From a virus (Duplodnaviria > Caudoviricetes), in IMG/VR virus record IMGVR_UViG_2931714059_000002, positions 1 to 64,000 of that record: a stretch of 64,000 nt of DNA; one strand, written 5' to 3'. The notes under the pieces are model-generated. The model was not told where the DNA came from. It saw nothing but the letters and a program-made list of their open reading frames with translations, and did no database searches. Position 1 is the first letter of the stretch. Every line of letters starts with the position of its first letter. The translations under genes and the position numbers were made by a program. Below, piece after piece: positions 47,368 through 56,792 of the stretch.

Positions 47368-49514
47368 CCCAGCGCACGCACTGGCGGTCTCTGACAGCCG
47401 CCGCCGCCCCGATCGAGGTCGCCGACGACGGCACGTGGAGCGGCCCGATCACGTGGACTGACACCTGGTCGGCGGACGGCCGGCGTCTCGCAGCGCTCGA
47501 CGGCGAGATCCCGACCCGGCCCCTGCCCCTGCCCGTCGCCGTGCAGTGGCACCTGGCGCAGGGGCACGAAGGCGCCGAGGTCGGCCTGGCCCGCCTCGAT
47601 GAGGTGTGGCAGGACGGGCACGCGGTCTGGGGCCGGGGCGTCATCGACATGCAGGACCCACGCGGCCCCGAGCTGGCCCGGAAGATCCGCAACGGATTCC
47701 TCCGATTCGCTTCCGCCGACGTGGACGACGTGGAGATGCGAGCCGTCGCGATCGGCCCGGACGGGGAAGTCCTCGACAGCGAGCCGCCCGAGGGCGGGGC
47801 AGTCGGGGAGCTGTGGACTCGCTGGCGCATCATGGGCGTGACTCTCCTCGCTCACCCCGCTTTCCCGGGCGCGCACATCGCCGTTGCGCCGACTACGCCC
47901 GCCCCGGAGCCGGAGGCCACGCCGGTACCCGTGGAGGTCGAGCTGACCGCCGCTGCTGAGCTGGCAGAGGATGACGAGGACGACGGCCAGGAACCGGAGC
48001 CGGACGGCCCCGTCGCGGCCGGCCTCGTCATCAAAGCCGCGGACACCGGCCGTGTGCTGATGCTCCAGCGGTCCCTGGACGACGATGACGACCCGGCCCG
48101 CGGCACGTGGGAGTTCCCCGGCGGCGGCATTGAGGACGGCGAGGAGCCGCTGCACGCGGCGCTCCGCGAGTGGCAGGAGGAGACCGGCGCGACCCTGCCG
48201 GAGGACCTGCTGATCTCGGACGGGTGGATCTCCGAGAACGGCGTGTACGCCGGGTTCATCGCGGTAGTCCCCACCGAAGACACCATCGCCATCAACACCG
48301 ATCACGAGGACCGGAAGGTCCGCAACCCGGACGACCCCGACGGCGACCACATCGAGGTCGTCGCCTGGTGGGACCCGGCCGAACTGCCCGACATGCCAGC
48401 GCTCCGCGACGAGGTCCGGGCCACCCCGTGGCACCTCATCGCCGAGGCGCGCATCGCCGAGGAGCCGGACGACGGCCCGGCCGATGACGTGCCCGATGGC
48501 GAGCTGAGCGGCGCCCTCACGGCGGCGGCGTTCCGGCTGGATGGCTGGACCCCGCCCGCCGCGTGGTTCGCGGACCCGCAGATGCCGGGCCCGCAGCCCA
48601 TCACCGTGGACGACGACGGCCGCGTGTCCGGGCACCTCGCCGCTTGGCACGTGCCCCACCGCTCCTACCCAGGGCGCGACATCACCGCACCCCGCAGCAG
48701 CACCGGCTACGCCGCGTTCAACACCAGGCCGCTGGCAACCGCTGACGGCCTGGTCGACGTCGGCCTCATCACCATGGACACCGGGCACGCCGGCCTCCAG
48801 CTCGGCCGTCAGCAGGCCGCGCGGCACTACGACGACACCGGCACCATGGCCGCTGTCGTCCGCGCCGGGGAGGACGCGCACGGCATCTGGCTGGCGGGGG
48901 CCGTCCTGCCGTGGCTGACGGACGAGCAGCGGATGCGGCTGTCCCTGTCACGGTTCTCCGGTGACTGGCGCAGCGAGAGCGGGGCGATGGAGCTGGTGGC
49001 CGCGCTCGCCGTCAACACCGAGGGCTTCCCCGTGCCAGCGGCACCGTCCGGTGACCGGGAGGAGTACGCGCTGATCGCGGCCGGGGCGCTGCCCAGCAGC
49101 CGGCAGACCGCCCGCGTGACGGCCGCGCTCGATGCCGGGCGGCGCCTCCAGACGTGGCAGGCCGGGCGGTCGATCCGCTCCCCCCGGATGCTGGCGCTGG
49201 CCGCGTCCGCCAGCGAACCGACCGACCGGGAGGAGGACCTACCGCCTCTGGACGGCATCGAGCCCGACCCCGAGGCCCTCGCGGAGGCCCTGAACTGGGT
49301 AGACGACGTGGGCGGGCTGCCCAGGTACATCCGCCGGATCGCGGATCACCTGATGCGGGAGGGCCGCACCGAGTCCCACGCCATTGCCATCGCCGTCAAC
49401 GCGGTCAAGCGCTGGTGCCGGGGCGGCGGCGACGTGAAGGCCGACACCCGCGCGAAGGCGTGCGCGGCCGTCGCCGAGTGGACCGCGAAGCGGGCGCGCG
49501 CCCGCGCGTCCTGA
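47364..49514 (+). CDS. Capsid maturation protease-like protein with inserted Nudix domain
   Basis: SADGR..PLP..H..PAF domain; Nudix box GGIEDGEEPLHAALREWQEETG; second head domain GHLAAW..SGDWR..LAVN. Confidence 0.8.
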   Translation: MTQRTHWRSLTAAAAPIEVADDGTWSGPITWTDTWSADGRRLAALDGEIPTRPLPLPVAVQWHLAQGHEGAEVGLARLDEVWQDGHAVWGRGVIDMQDPRGPELARKIRNGFLRFASADVDDVEMRAVAIGPDGEVLDSEPPEGGAVGELWTRWRIMGVTLLAHPAFPGAHIAVAPTTPAPEPEATPVPVEVELTAAAELAEDDEDDGQEPEPDGPVAAGLVIKAADTGRVLMLQRSLDDDDDPARGTWEFPGGGIEDGEEPLHAALREWQEETGATLPEDLLISDGWISENGVYAGFIAVVPTEDTIAINTDHEDRKVRNPDDPDGDHIEVVAWWDPAELPDMPALRDEVRATPWHLIAEARIAEEPDDGPADDVPDGELSGALTAAAFRLDGWTPPAAWFADPQMPGPQPITVDDDGRVSGHLAAWHVPHRSYPGRDITAPRSSTGYAAFNTRPLATADGLVDVGLITMDTGHAGLQLGRQQAARHYDDTGTMAAVVRAGEDAHGIWLAGAVLPWLTDEQRMRLSLSRFSGDWRSESGAMELVAALAVNTEGFPVPAAPSGDREEYALIAAGALPSSRQTARVTAALDAGRRLQTWQAGRSIRSPRMLALAASASEPTDREEDLPPLDGIEPDPEALAEALNWVDDVGGLPRYIRRIADHLMREGRTESHAIAIAVNAVKRWCRGGGDVKADTRAKACAAVAEWTAKRARARAS

Positions 49515-49539
49515 CGAACCGAAAGATCAAGGAGAAGCC

Positions 49540-49737
49540 ATGTCTTGCTGTGGACGTACCGGCCGAGGCGCCGCCCGCCCCCTATCCCAGTCCGGCCAGC
49601 CCGTCGCGTGGCGGCACTACCAGCCATCCGGCGGCAGCGTCGACTACGCCGATCGGGACCGCGCCGACCACGCCAGGGACAAGATCGGCGGCACCGTTAC
49701 CAAGATCGACACCCGGACAGGAGCACCCATCGCATGA
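49540..49737 (+). CDS. Small protein (MSCCG)
   Basis: RBS AAGGAG. Confidence 0.65.
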   Translation: MSCCGRTGRGAARPLSQSGQPVAWRHYQPSGGSVDYADRDRADHARDKIGGTVTKIDTRTGAPIA

Positions 49738-49958
49738 TCGACGCCACCGGCCGCCACCCGGCCGTACAAGCCCTCGCCCGACACTTCGAGTACGGGCACC
49801 TACGGGAGGATCTCCAGCCCGTCAGCAAGCTGTTCCACGACCTGGCAGCCGAACTGCTGCCGCTGGTGCCCGACGACCCGGAGCTGACAGCGGCTCTGCG
49901 GCACCTGCTGGAGGCCAAGGACGCCGCCGTGAGGGCCGCCGTCGTCGCATCCGAGTGA
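49734..49958 (+). CDS. Helical-hairpin protein, Acb2/Tad1-like candidate
   Basis: HFEYGHL..LQPVSKLF..PELTAALRHLLEAKDAAVRA. Confidence 0.6.
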   Translation: MIDATGRHPAVQALARHFEYGHLREDLQPVSKLFHDLAAELLPLVPDDPELTAALRHLLEAKDAAVRAAVVASE

Positions 49959-49962
49959 CCAG

Positions 49963-49982
49963 CCCGTACACGCATATACCCT
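49963..49982 (+). promoter_or_regulatory. Late promoter motif copy 4
   Basis: CCCGTACACG-CATA-TACCCT before capsid gene. Confidence 0.85.
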
Positions 49983-50047
49983 GACACTGCTCTGACTGGT
50001 TGGTGGACCGAGAGCTCGTGACGACCCCTGTCTGAGGACTGGACCCC

Positions 50048-51859
50048 ATGAGCTTTCTGACCGATCTGCTTGCCCGCCTCGCCGACCTGCCCGAGGACCA
50101 GCGCGCCGACGCCATCCGGGAGGCGCTGACCTCGGCGGCCGACCTCGACACCGGCGCCCTGAGCGCCGATGTCGTGGCTCGCTTCGCCGCCGCCCAGGAG
50201 GCCGGCATCACTTCCGATGAGGAGGTCGCCGCCGTCCAGGTCCTGGCCGCCGTTGCCGACGGCATCCAGGCCCACGAGCAGGCCACGGAGGCGCGGCAGG
50301 AGCAGCTGGCCAGCGTGACCTCCCGCATCAACACCCTGGTGCCGCCCAACCCCGAACCGGCCGGAGAGCCCACCGGGGCGGACCCGGCGCCCGCCCCGGC
50401 CGAGCCGGTGGCCGCCGAACCGGCCCCGGCGCCGCAGGCCGTCGCCGCCTCGGCTGTGCGGCCCTCCCCCGCGCCGATCCCGCTGGGCCGCGTGCCGTCC
50501 ACCCCGCCCCCCGCCACCGACTCGGAGCCGGGCCGCGACACGTACTCGCTGGTCGCCGCCGCTGACGTGTCCGTCGGGACCTCGACCTACCAGGCGGGTC
50601 TGAAGCTCGACGGCCTGGTGGACTTCGGGAAGATCTGGGGCGAGCGGATGCGGGCCGTCCTCGGCAGCAAGGGCCGCGAACGTCGCCAGGTGCCGATCGC
50701 TCGTATCCAGCGGCACAGCCCTGCCGAGCTGACTGTCGGCGACGCCACCGACCACGTGCGCGGCCAGGAGGTCATGCGGCTGGCGACGGACGAGTCCCGC
50801 CTTCCGGGCGGAAGCCTCGTCGCCGCGGGCGGCTGGTGCGCGCCGTCCGAGACGCTGTACGACCTGTGCGACCTGCGGATCAGCGACCAGGGCATGGTGT
50901 CGCTCCCGACGATCACCGCGACCCGGGGCGGCATCCGCTACCCGTCCGATTTCGACTGGGCCGCGCTGTGGGGCTCGGTGGGCTTCCACCAGACCGAGGC
51001 CCAGGCGATCGCGGGCGAGCCGAAGCCGTGCCTGGAGGTGCCCTGCGACGACGACTTTCAGGAGTGCCGTCTCGACGTGGACGGCGTGTGCATCCGCACG
51101 CCGATCCTCACCGAACGCGGCTGGCCTGAAAGGGTCGCGCAGTTCACGGAGGGTGCTCTCGCGATCCACAAGCACCAGCTGAATGCGCGCACGATCGCGC
51201 GCATGGAGGCGCTGTCCACGGCGATCACCATGCCCGCACCGGGCGCCCCGGACCCGCAGGCCGCGGTGACCGACCTGCACGGGCCTGGGGCGATCGAGTC
51301 GGTGCTGTCGATGCTGGAGCTCCAGGTCCAGTACCAGCGGTACCGCGAGCGCCTGGACCAGGGCCAGAGCCTGGAGATGCTGGCGCCGTTCTGGCTGCGT
51401 GGCATCTTGAAGTCGGACTTGAGGAAGAAGCTGGGGATCGATAACCGCTGGTCAGTGACCGACGCCCAGCTGGACACCTACCTGCGCAGCGTCGGTGTCG
51501 CCCCGCAGTGGGTGTACGACTGGCAGGACGCCTACGCCGATGGCGATGAGGGCGGGTTCGGCGGGATCGTGCCCACCGCGTGGCCCGGCGAGGTCAAGAT
51601 CCTCCTGTACCGCGCCGGGACTTTCTTCCAGCTCCAGGCCGATGTCATCTCGCTCGATGGCGTGTACGACCACGACAGCCTCACCCGCAACATGTACACC
51701 TCCCTCTTCACCGAGGAAGGGACTCAGGTCTGCCGCCGCTGCGGCGAGTCCTACGTGATCACCATCCCGCTGTGCGCGTCCGGTCTGTCGGGCGGCGTGC
51801 AGTCGGTCACCTGCATCACGGCTCCGCCTGCCGAGCCGGCTGAGGCCCCGGCTGCCTGA
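50048..51859 (+). CDS. Major capsid protein with N-terminal scaffold region
   Basis: LVAAGGWCAPSETLYD, RGGI, K.C..VPC, LFTEEG. Confidence 0.9.
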   Translation: MSFLTDLLARLADLPEDQRADAIREALTSAADLDTGALSADVVARFAAAQEAGITSDEEVAAVQVLAAVADGIQAHEQATEARQEQLASVTSRINTLVPPNPEPAGEPTGADPAPAPAEPVAAEPAPAPQAVAASAVRPSPAPIPLGRVPSTPPPATDSEPGRDTYSLVAAADVSVGTSTYQAGLKLDGLVDFGKIWGERMRAVLGSKGRERRQVPIARIQRHSPAELTVGDATDHVRGQEVMRLATDESRLPGGSLVAAGGWCAPSETLYDLCDLRISDQGMVSLPTITATRGGIRYPSDFDWAALWGSVGFHQTEAQAIAGEPKPCLEVPCDDDFQECRLDVDGVCIRTPILTERGWPERVAQFTEGALAIHKHQLNARTIARMEALSTAITMPAPGAPDPQAAVTDLHGPGAIESVLSMLELQVQYQRYRERLDQGQSLEMLAPFWLRGILKSDLRKKLGIDNRWSVTDAQLDTYLRSVGVAPQWVYDWQDAYADGDEGGFGGIVPTAWPGEVKILLYRAGTFFQLQADVISLDGVYDHDSLTRNMYTSLFTEEGTQVCRRCGESYVITIPLCASGLSGGVQSVTCITAPPAEPAEAPAA

Positions 51860-51875
51860 CCCTCCCCCTGATCAG

Positions 51876-51960
51876 GCGGCCCGGAGAGCGACGCGCGACA
51901 CGCATCCATCCCCCCAGCGGTGCGTGTCGCGCGGTGCCCACTCCCACCTCTCCGGGCCGC
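51876..51960 (+). terminator. Long stem-loop after capsid gene
   Basis: CGCGCGACACGCA..TGCGTGTCGCGCG inside GCGGCCCGGAGAG..CTCTCCGGGCCGC. Confidence 0.55.
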
Positions 51961-51988
51961 CGCCCCGTCGACCAGCGCGGAGGCGCTC

Positions 51989-53401
51989 ATGTCCACTCCC
52001 ACACCGGCCGCGCCACGCGCGGAGGTCGCTCCGCCGCCGCTGGAGCCGTACAGCTACGGCCTGCTGTCCGTCGCCCGCGTCATGTCAGGCGAGGGCCGGT
52101 GGCAGGTCGGCGGTGTCGAGTACCCCACCGACGCGTGCGCTCAGGGCGGGTCAGTGCCTGGGTCGTGCCCGGTGCCCGTGGGTGGCGGTGAGGAGCGCAC
52201 CGCTGTCCTGACCGCGACGCCGGGTGGCGGGGACGGCACGGGCGGGTACGGGGTGCTGGTGGTGCCGGCTGCGCCGGACTCAACGTCTGGTGTGGTGTTG
52301 GTCGCTGACGAGCGGCTGCCGGGCCCGGTCGATGTCGAGGTCGTCCCGCCCGGCGAGCTGGGCCTGCTGCGCATGCAGCTCCAGCCCGGTCAGCGGCACG
52401 AGTTGGCGACGCCGGCCGACGGGCTGTGGCGCCTGGCGGTCGGCGCCGGGGACTGCCCCGAGGTCGGCTGGGAGGTGCCTTACGCGGCTGGTCAGGAGGC
52501 TCTCGCGGGCTGCCTGACGATCGCCTACCCGGTGGTGTGGTCGTCGTCCCCGGACAGCGAGACCGCGGTGACCTACGAGGTCCACGACACCAGCACCCAG
52601 GAGGTCGTGGACCGGGGCACGGTCGCGCCGGGCGAGACCCGGCCGCCGGTTGTCTACCCGTCGCCTGGCACCTACGAGCTGACGTTCCGCATCCCGGGCG
52701 CCGGCAACACGGTGGAAGGGCAGCTGTCGCTGCCGGGCGGCACGCTGACGCAGGACCTGCTGCTCGTCACCCCGGCGGGCTCGTCGCACGACAAGCCGAT
52801 CGGCGGCGGCCTGGACTGGGTCAGTGGCGCACTGCCGTTCACGGTGTACAGCAGGGCCGAGTGCAACCGGGTGGGCTTCCCGGAGGCCGTGGCCGTCGCT
52901 GAGCGCCGCCTGCGCCTCATCGAGGAGCGTGAGGTCGAGCGCGCGTTCAGCCTCTACCTGGGGACCCTGACGCACCGACTGCCGCTCGGCGAGGACCCGG
53001 TGCCGCTGCTCGTGGCGCTCGGCGCGCTGGAGCAGGACGCCGCCCTGCACTACGCCGGCGCTCCGACGCTCCACGCCCCGCGCTGGACACAGCCGGCGTG
53101 GACGCACCTCAGCCTCGTGGAGCCGGCCGGGCCCATGATGCGCACCGCCGTCACGAGCCGAGTCGCGTTCGGCGGCGGCTACTACGACGACCCACGCGCG
53201 CCGCTGCCGCCCGCCCCCGCCAGTGGCGAGTTCTGGTTGCTGGCGACCGGCACGGTCACCGCCCGCCGCAGCTCGCCCTTCACCCGCGAGGCGTTCGATC
53301 CGCCGACCAACCGTGCGCTGGCGATCAGCGAGCGCACCTACGCCCTTGACCACGACTGCTACACCGCGGCCGTCCTCGTCTCCCTCGGAGGTACCCCCTG
53401 A
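51989..53401 (+). CDS. Minor capsid/head protein with beta-rich insertion
   Basis: YGLLSVA, PFTVY..C, E..VER, AISERTY. Confidence 0.7.
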   Translation: MSTPTPAAPRAEVAPPPLEPYSYGLLSVARVMSGEGRWQVGGVEYPTDACAQGGSVPGSCPVPVGGGEERTAVLTATPGGGDGTGGYGVLVVPAAPDSTSGVVLVADERLPGPVDVEVVPPGELGLLRMQLQPGQRHELATPADGLWRLAVGAGDCPEVGWEVPYAAGQEALAGCLTIAYPVVWSSSPDSETAVTYEVHDTSTQEVVDRGTVAPGETRPPVVYPSPGTYELTFRIPGAGNTVEGQLSLPGGTLTQDLLLVTPAGSSHDKPIGGGLDWVSGALPFTVYSRAECNRVGFPEAVAVAERRLRLIEEREVERAFSLYLGTLTHRLPLGEDPVPLLVALGALEQDAALHYAGAPTLHAPRWTQPAWTHLSLVEPAGPMMRTAVTSRVAFGGGYYDDPRAPLPPAPASGEFWLLATGTVTARRSSPFTREAFDPPTNRALAISERTYALDHDCYTAAVLVSLGGTP

Positions 53402-53862
53402 TGCCGCCCGTCATCTACCCGGAGCCCGGCGAGCGCCTGCCCGCGCTGGTGCGCCGCACGCTGGCCGCTCTGCCGGCCGATCAGCGGCACCGCGTCACGG
53501 TGGTGACTGGCGGCGTGCGGTACGGCCTGGACGTGCCCGATGTCCTCACCGCGCCGGATGCACCGCCGCCCCACACCGACGACCACGGTCCGGCCGACGG
53601 CGGGATCGTCAACTCCGCCGCCCTGAAGCACATCGGGGAGGGCGGCGGACCGATCGAGGTGCTCCCCCCGTCCCAGCTGCCCGACGGTCTCGTGACCGCC
53701 TCGCTCCCCCAGGGCGACGACGGCCCCGAGCAGACCGAAGACCTCCCGGCTGATGCCAAGGACGAGACCCCCCTCGACCCCCTGACCGCCGCCTTGACCG
53801 CCGCCCCGACCCCCCGCAAGACCAACAGCAGCAGCGCCAAGCGGCGCCGCGCGAAGGAGTAA
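53401..53862 (+). CDS. Hypothetical virion-module protein
   Basis: TGATG overlap. Confidence 0.6.
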   Translation: MPPVIYPEPGERLPALVRRTLAALPADQRHRVTVVTGGVRYGLDVPDVLTAPDAPPPHTDDHGPADGGIVNSAALKHIGEGGGPIEVLPPSQLPDGLVTASLPQGDDGPEQTEDLPADAKDETPLDPLTAALTAAPTPRKTNSSSAKRRRAKE

Positions 53863-53864
53863 CG

Positions 53865-55853
53865 ATGCCGGCCATCGAGTGCCCATCCCTGGTGCGCGGC
53901 GTGGCGCTGCGCGCGACCCGCCTGGACCCGTGCGGCCGGCCGATGTACGGCGACTGCAACCAGGTCGTCAGCAAGGGCTTCATCAGCGTGCAAATGTCCC
54001 CGCAGACCGAGGAGGGGGAATCGATCAGCGTCACGAATGCCGCTGGAGAGACGTGCGTGTCGGAGGCCCCCTGTACGCAGATCAGCGGCATCAACACGAC
54101 GATCGAGTTCTGCGCCGTCGATCCCGACCTCGTCAACATCCTCAACCCCACGTATGAGCCGTACCTGGACTGGCAGGGCAACACGATCGGTTGGGACACC
54201 CCGGGCCGCCTGACCTGCGACCAGGGATTCGCCCTGGAGGTGTGGACCGGGACCGCGCGCTCCGATGCCGCGTGCACTGGTGGAGGCGGACAGGGCTCAT
54301 GGGGCTACCTGCTGCTGCCGTGGGTCATCGGCGGCGCCGAGGGCGACCTGACCATCGGCAACAGCGCGCTCACCTTCACTTTCGCCGGTCGCACGAAGCT
54401 CGGCCACGGCTGGCGGCGCGGCCCCTACCCGGTACAGGCCGGCGAGGGCGGCGTCCCGTCCCCCATGCTCCAGCCGATCCTTCCGGACAAGCACCGGCGA
54501 TTCTTCACGACTTCGATCCGTCCGCCCGAGGCCGAGTGCGGTTGCCAGCCGGTGGACCGCCCGACGCCGGACCCGGCGGACCTGTACATCACGGGTATGC
54601 CGGGCGAGTCGCCGCGGCGCACGGTGCGCCTGCGCGCCGATAACCACGGTTTCGGACCGGTCGTCATCAACTGGGGCGACGGCTCCGCGCCGCAGGAGGC
54701 GCAGGATGGTGCGTGGGTCACCCACACGTACACGACGGACGGCGACTACACGATCAGCGTCGCCGACAAGGAAACCCCGGTCGTCACCGCAACCCGGGAC
54801 ATCACCGTGCCGATCCCGGCGGATGAGCCGACGGTGACGCTGACCGGGCCCGACCCGGACAATCGGTACGTGGTGGCGGCGACGGTGGTACTGCCGCCGC
54901 AGGCCGCGACTGGGGCGACGCTCGACTGGGGCGACGGCTCCGACGTCCAGGAGGTGACCGTCGGCGAGGACAGCACGGTGACGGTGCTGCACACCTACAC
55001 CGTGCCGGGCGTGTACACGGTCACGGTGCGGCGCGGCGACATCGACACCTACCGGGGTCGGGCGGCGATCCGTGTGCCGGTGACGGAGGCGCCGGACGCC
55101 ACCGTCGCCGTCGACACCGAGGACCCGTCGGGCCTGAGTGTGGTCCTCACCTACGACAACGCCGGGCGTGGGCCGGTGAGTATCACGTGGGGTGCGGGCG
55201 GCACGCCGCAGCAGGCGGAGGAGACTGGCACGGCCTCGCACACCTACGCGCAGCCGGGGGACTACGTGATCCGGGTGCAGTCCCTCGGGGACCCGGCGGC
55301 GTCCACCCAGGTGCCGGTGACGGTGCCGATGGACCTGCCGGCGGAACCGCTCACCGTGACGGTGGCGGGCGACAACTCGGACCCCACCGGCATGACCGTG
55401 GTCGCGACGGTCGACAACAACGGCCAGGGCCCCGTCGCGCTCGTGTGGGGCGACGGCCAGGAGGACGCTGGAGTCACCGGGTCGGCGTCGCACACCTACG
55501 CGGCGGCCGGTACCTACACGGTGACCGCCACGGACGAGGACGACGCGGCCCGCACGGGCAGCGCCGAGGTGACGGTGCCCGTGGAGGTCGAGCAGCCGGC
55601 GCCGAGCGTGACGCTCGCCCAGGACCCGGACGACGCCACCGGCATGACGGTGACCGCGACGGTCGACAACGGCCTGTTCGGGCCGGTCGGTATCGCCTGG
55701 GGCGACGGTGAGGAGAGCACCGACGTGCCGGGTGACGGCACGGTCTCGCACCAGTACGCCGAGGAGGGCACCTACACCGTCACCGTGACCGACGAGGACA
55801 ACGCCGCGGCCCCGGCGGGGACGGCGACCGTCACCGTCCCTGTGGGCGGCTGA
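53865..55853 (+). CDS. Major tail tube protein with five PKD/Ig-like repeats
   Basis: RATRLDPCG, GFALEVW, YLLLP; five WG(D/A)G..H.Y...G.Y units. Confidence 0.9.
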   Translation: MPAIECPSLVRGVALRATRLDPCGRPMYGDCNQVVSKGFISVQMSPQTEEGESISVTNAAGETCVSEAPCTQISGINTTIEFCAVDPDLVNILNPTYEPYLDWQGNTIGWDTPGRLTCDQGFALEVWTGTARSDAACTGGGGQGSWGYLLLPWVIGGAEGDLTIGNSALTFTFAGRTKLGHGWRRGPYPVQAGEGGVPSPMLQPILPDKHRRFFTTSIRPPEAECGCQPVDRPTPDPADLYITGMPGESPRRTVRLRADNHGFGPVVINWGDGSAPQEAQDGAWVTHTYTTDGDYTISVADKETPVVTATRDITVPIPADEPTVTLTGPDPDNRYVVAATVVLPPQAATGATLDWGDGSDVQEVTVGEDSTVTVLHTYTVPGVYTVTVRRGDIDTYRGRAAIRVPVTEAPDATVAVDTEDPSGLSVVLTYDNAGRGPVSITWGAGGTPQQAEETGTASHTYAQPGDYVIRVQSLGDPAASTQVPVTVPMDLPAEPLTVTVAGDNSDPTGMTVVATVDNNGQGPVALVWGDGQEDAGVTGSASHTYAAAGTYTVTATDEDDAARTGSAEVTVPVEVEQPAPSVTLAQDPDDATGMTVTATVDNGLFGPVGIAWGDGEESTDVPGDGTVSHQYAEEGTYTVTVTDEDNAAAPAGTATVTVPVGG

Positions 55854-55946
55854 CGCATCATCTCCGCCGCCCCGGGGGCGGGCTCTTGGGCTGGGACTCT
55901 CCGAGCCCCGGGGCGGCGGGCTCATCACACCGACAGGGGACATCGC

Positions 55947-56792
55947 ATGGATGAGGTCCGGGACGACGACAGCCCGTGCGGGCCGTGGCCGGTCGACCTG
56001 ACGTGCTGCCCCGGCTGGCCGGAGGACCCGGCCGACTGGGAGCCCGCGCACCACCTGGCGGTGGAGATCGCCACCGACGTCCTGTGGCGGCTGACGGGCG
56101 GCCGGTACGGGCTGTGCGAGGAGCTGATCCGGCCGTGCCGCACCGCGTGCTCCTCGGGGCGCGGCGGCGCGCTGGCGTGGGGCGCGGGCGGTCTGCTCTC
56201 CCCGACTCTCGGGCCGGGCGGCCGGTGGAGCAACGGCGGCGGCTGTGGCTGCCGGTCGGGCTGCTCGTGCCGGCCGCTGTGCGCGATCGACCTGCCGGGG
56301 CCCGTCCATGAGGTGCTGGAGGTCCGGCTGTCCGGGCATGTCCTCCCGGTGTCCGCGTGGACTGTCCATCATGTCCCCGCAGGTGGGAGGCTTGTCCGGA
56401 CAGACGGCGGGTGCTGGCCGGACTGCCAGGACATGACGCGTCCGGACACCGATCCGGACACGATGTCTGTCCGCTACCTCCTCGGCCGCGACGTGCCGGC
56501 CGCCGGGCGGCGCGCCGCCGGCCAGTTGGCGTGCGAGATCTACAAGCAGTGCACCAGGTCCAGCGGGTGTGCTCTCCCCGCCGGGGTGAAGACCGTCACG
56601 AGAGAGGGCGTGTCCTACGAGATCGTGCCGCCCGGGGACTGGCCGGAGACGCTGCGCATGCACCTGCCGCAGGTGTGGGCGTGGGTGCAGCTCGCCGCCC
56701 CGCGGCCCGGGGCGACCCGGCCCGCGCTGTACTCCCTGGACCTGCCGGGCCCGCCGCTCGCCACCCGCTACCGGCCCGGAGGCCGCCCATGA
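55947..56792 (+). CDS. Head-to-tail adaptor
   Basis: LWRLTGGRYGLC, WPDCQD, LACE, VTREGVS. Confidence 0.8.
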   Translation: MDEVRDDDSPCGPWPVDLTCCPGWPEDPADWEPAHHLAVEIATDVLWRLTGGRYGLCEELIRPCRTACSSGRGGALAWGAGGLLSPTLGPGGRWSNGGGCGCRSGCSCRPLCAIDLPGPVHEVLEVRLSGHVLPVSAWTVHHVPAGGRLVRTDGGCWPDCQDMTRPDTDPDTMSVRYLLGRDVPAAGRRAAGQLACEIYKQCTRSSGCALPAGVKTVTREGVSYEIVPPGDWPETLRMHLPQVWAWVQLAAPRPGATRPALYSLDLPGPPLATRYRPGGRP

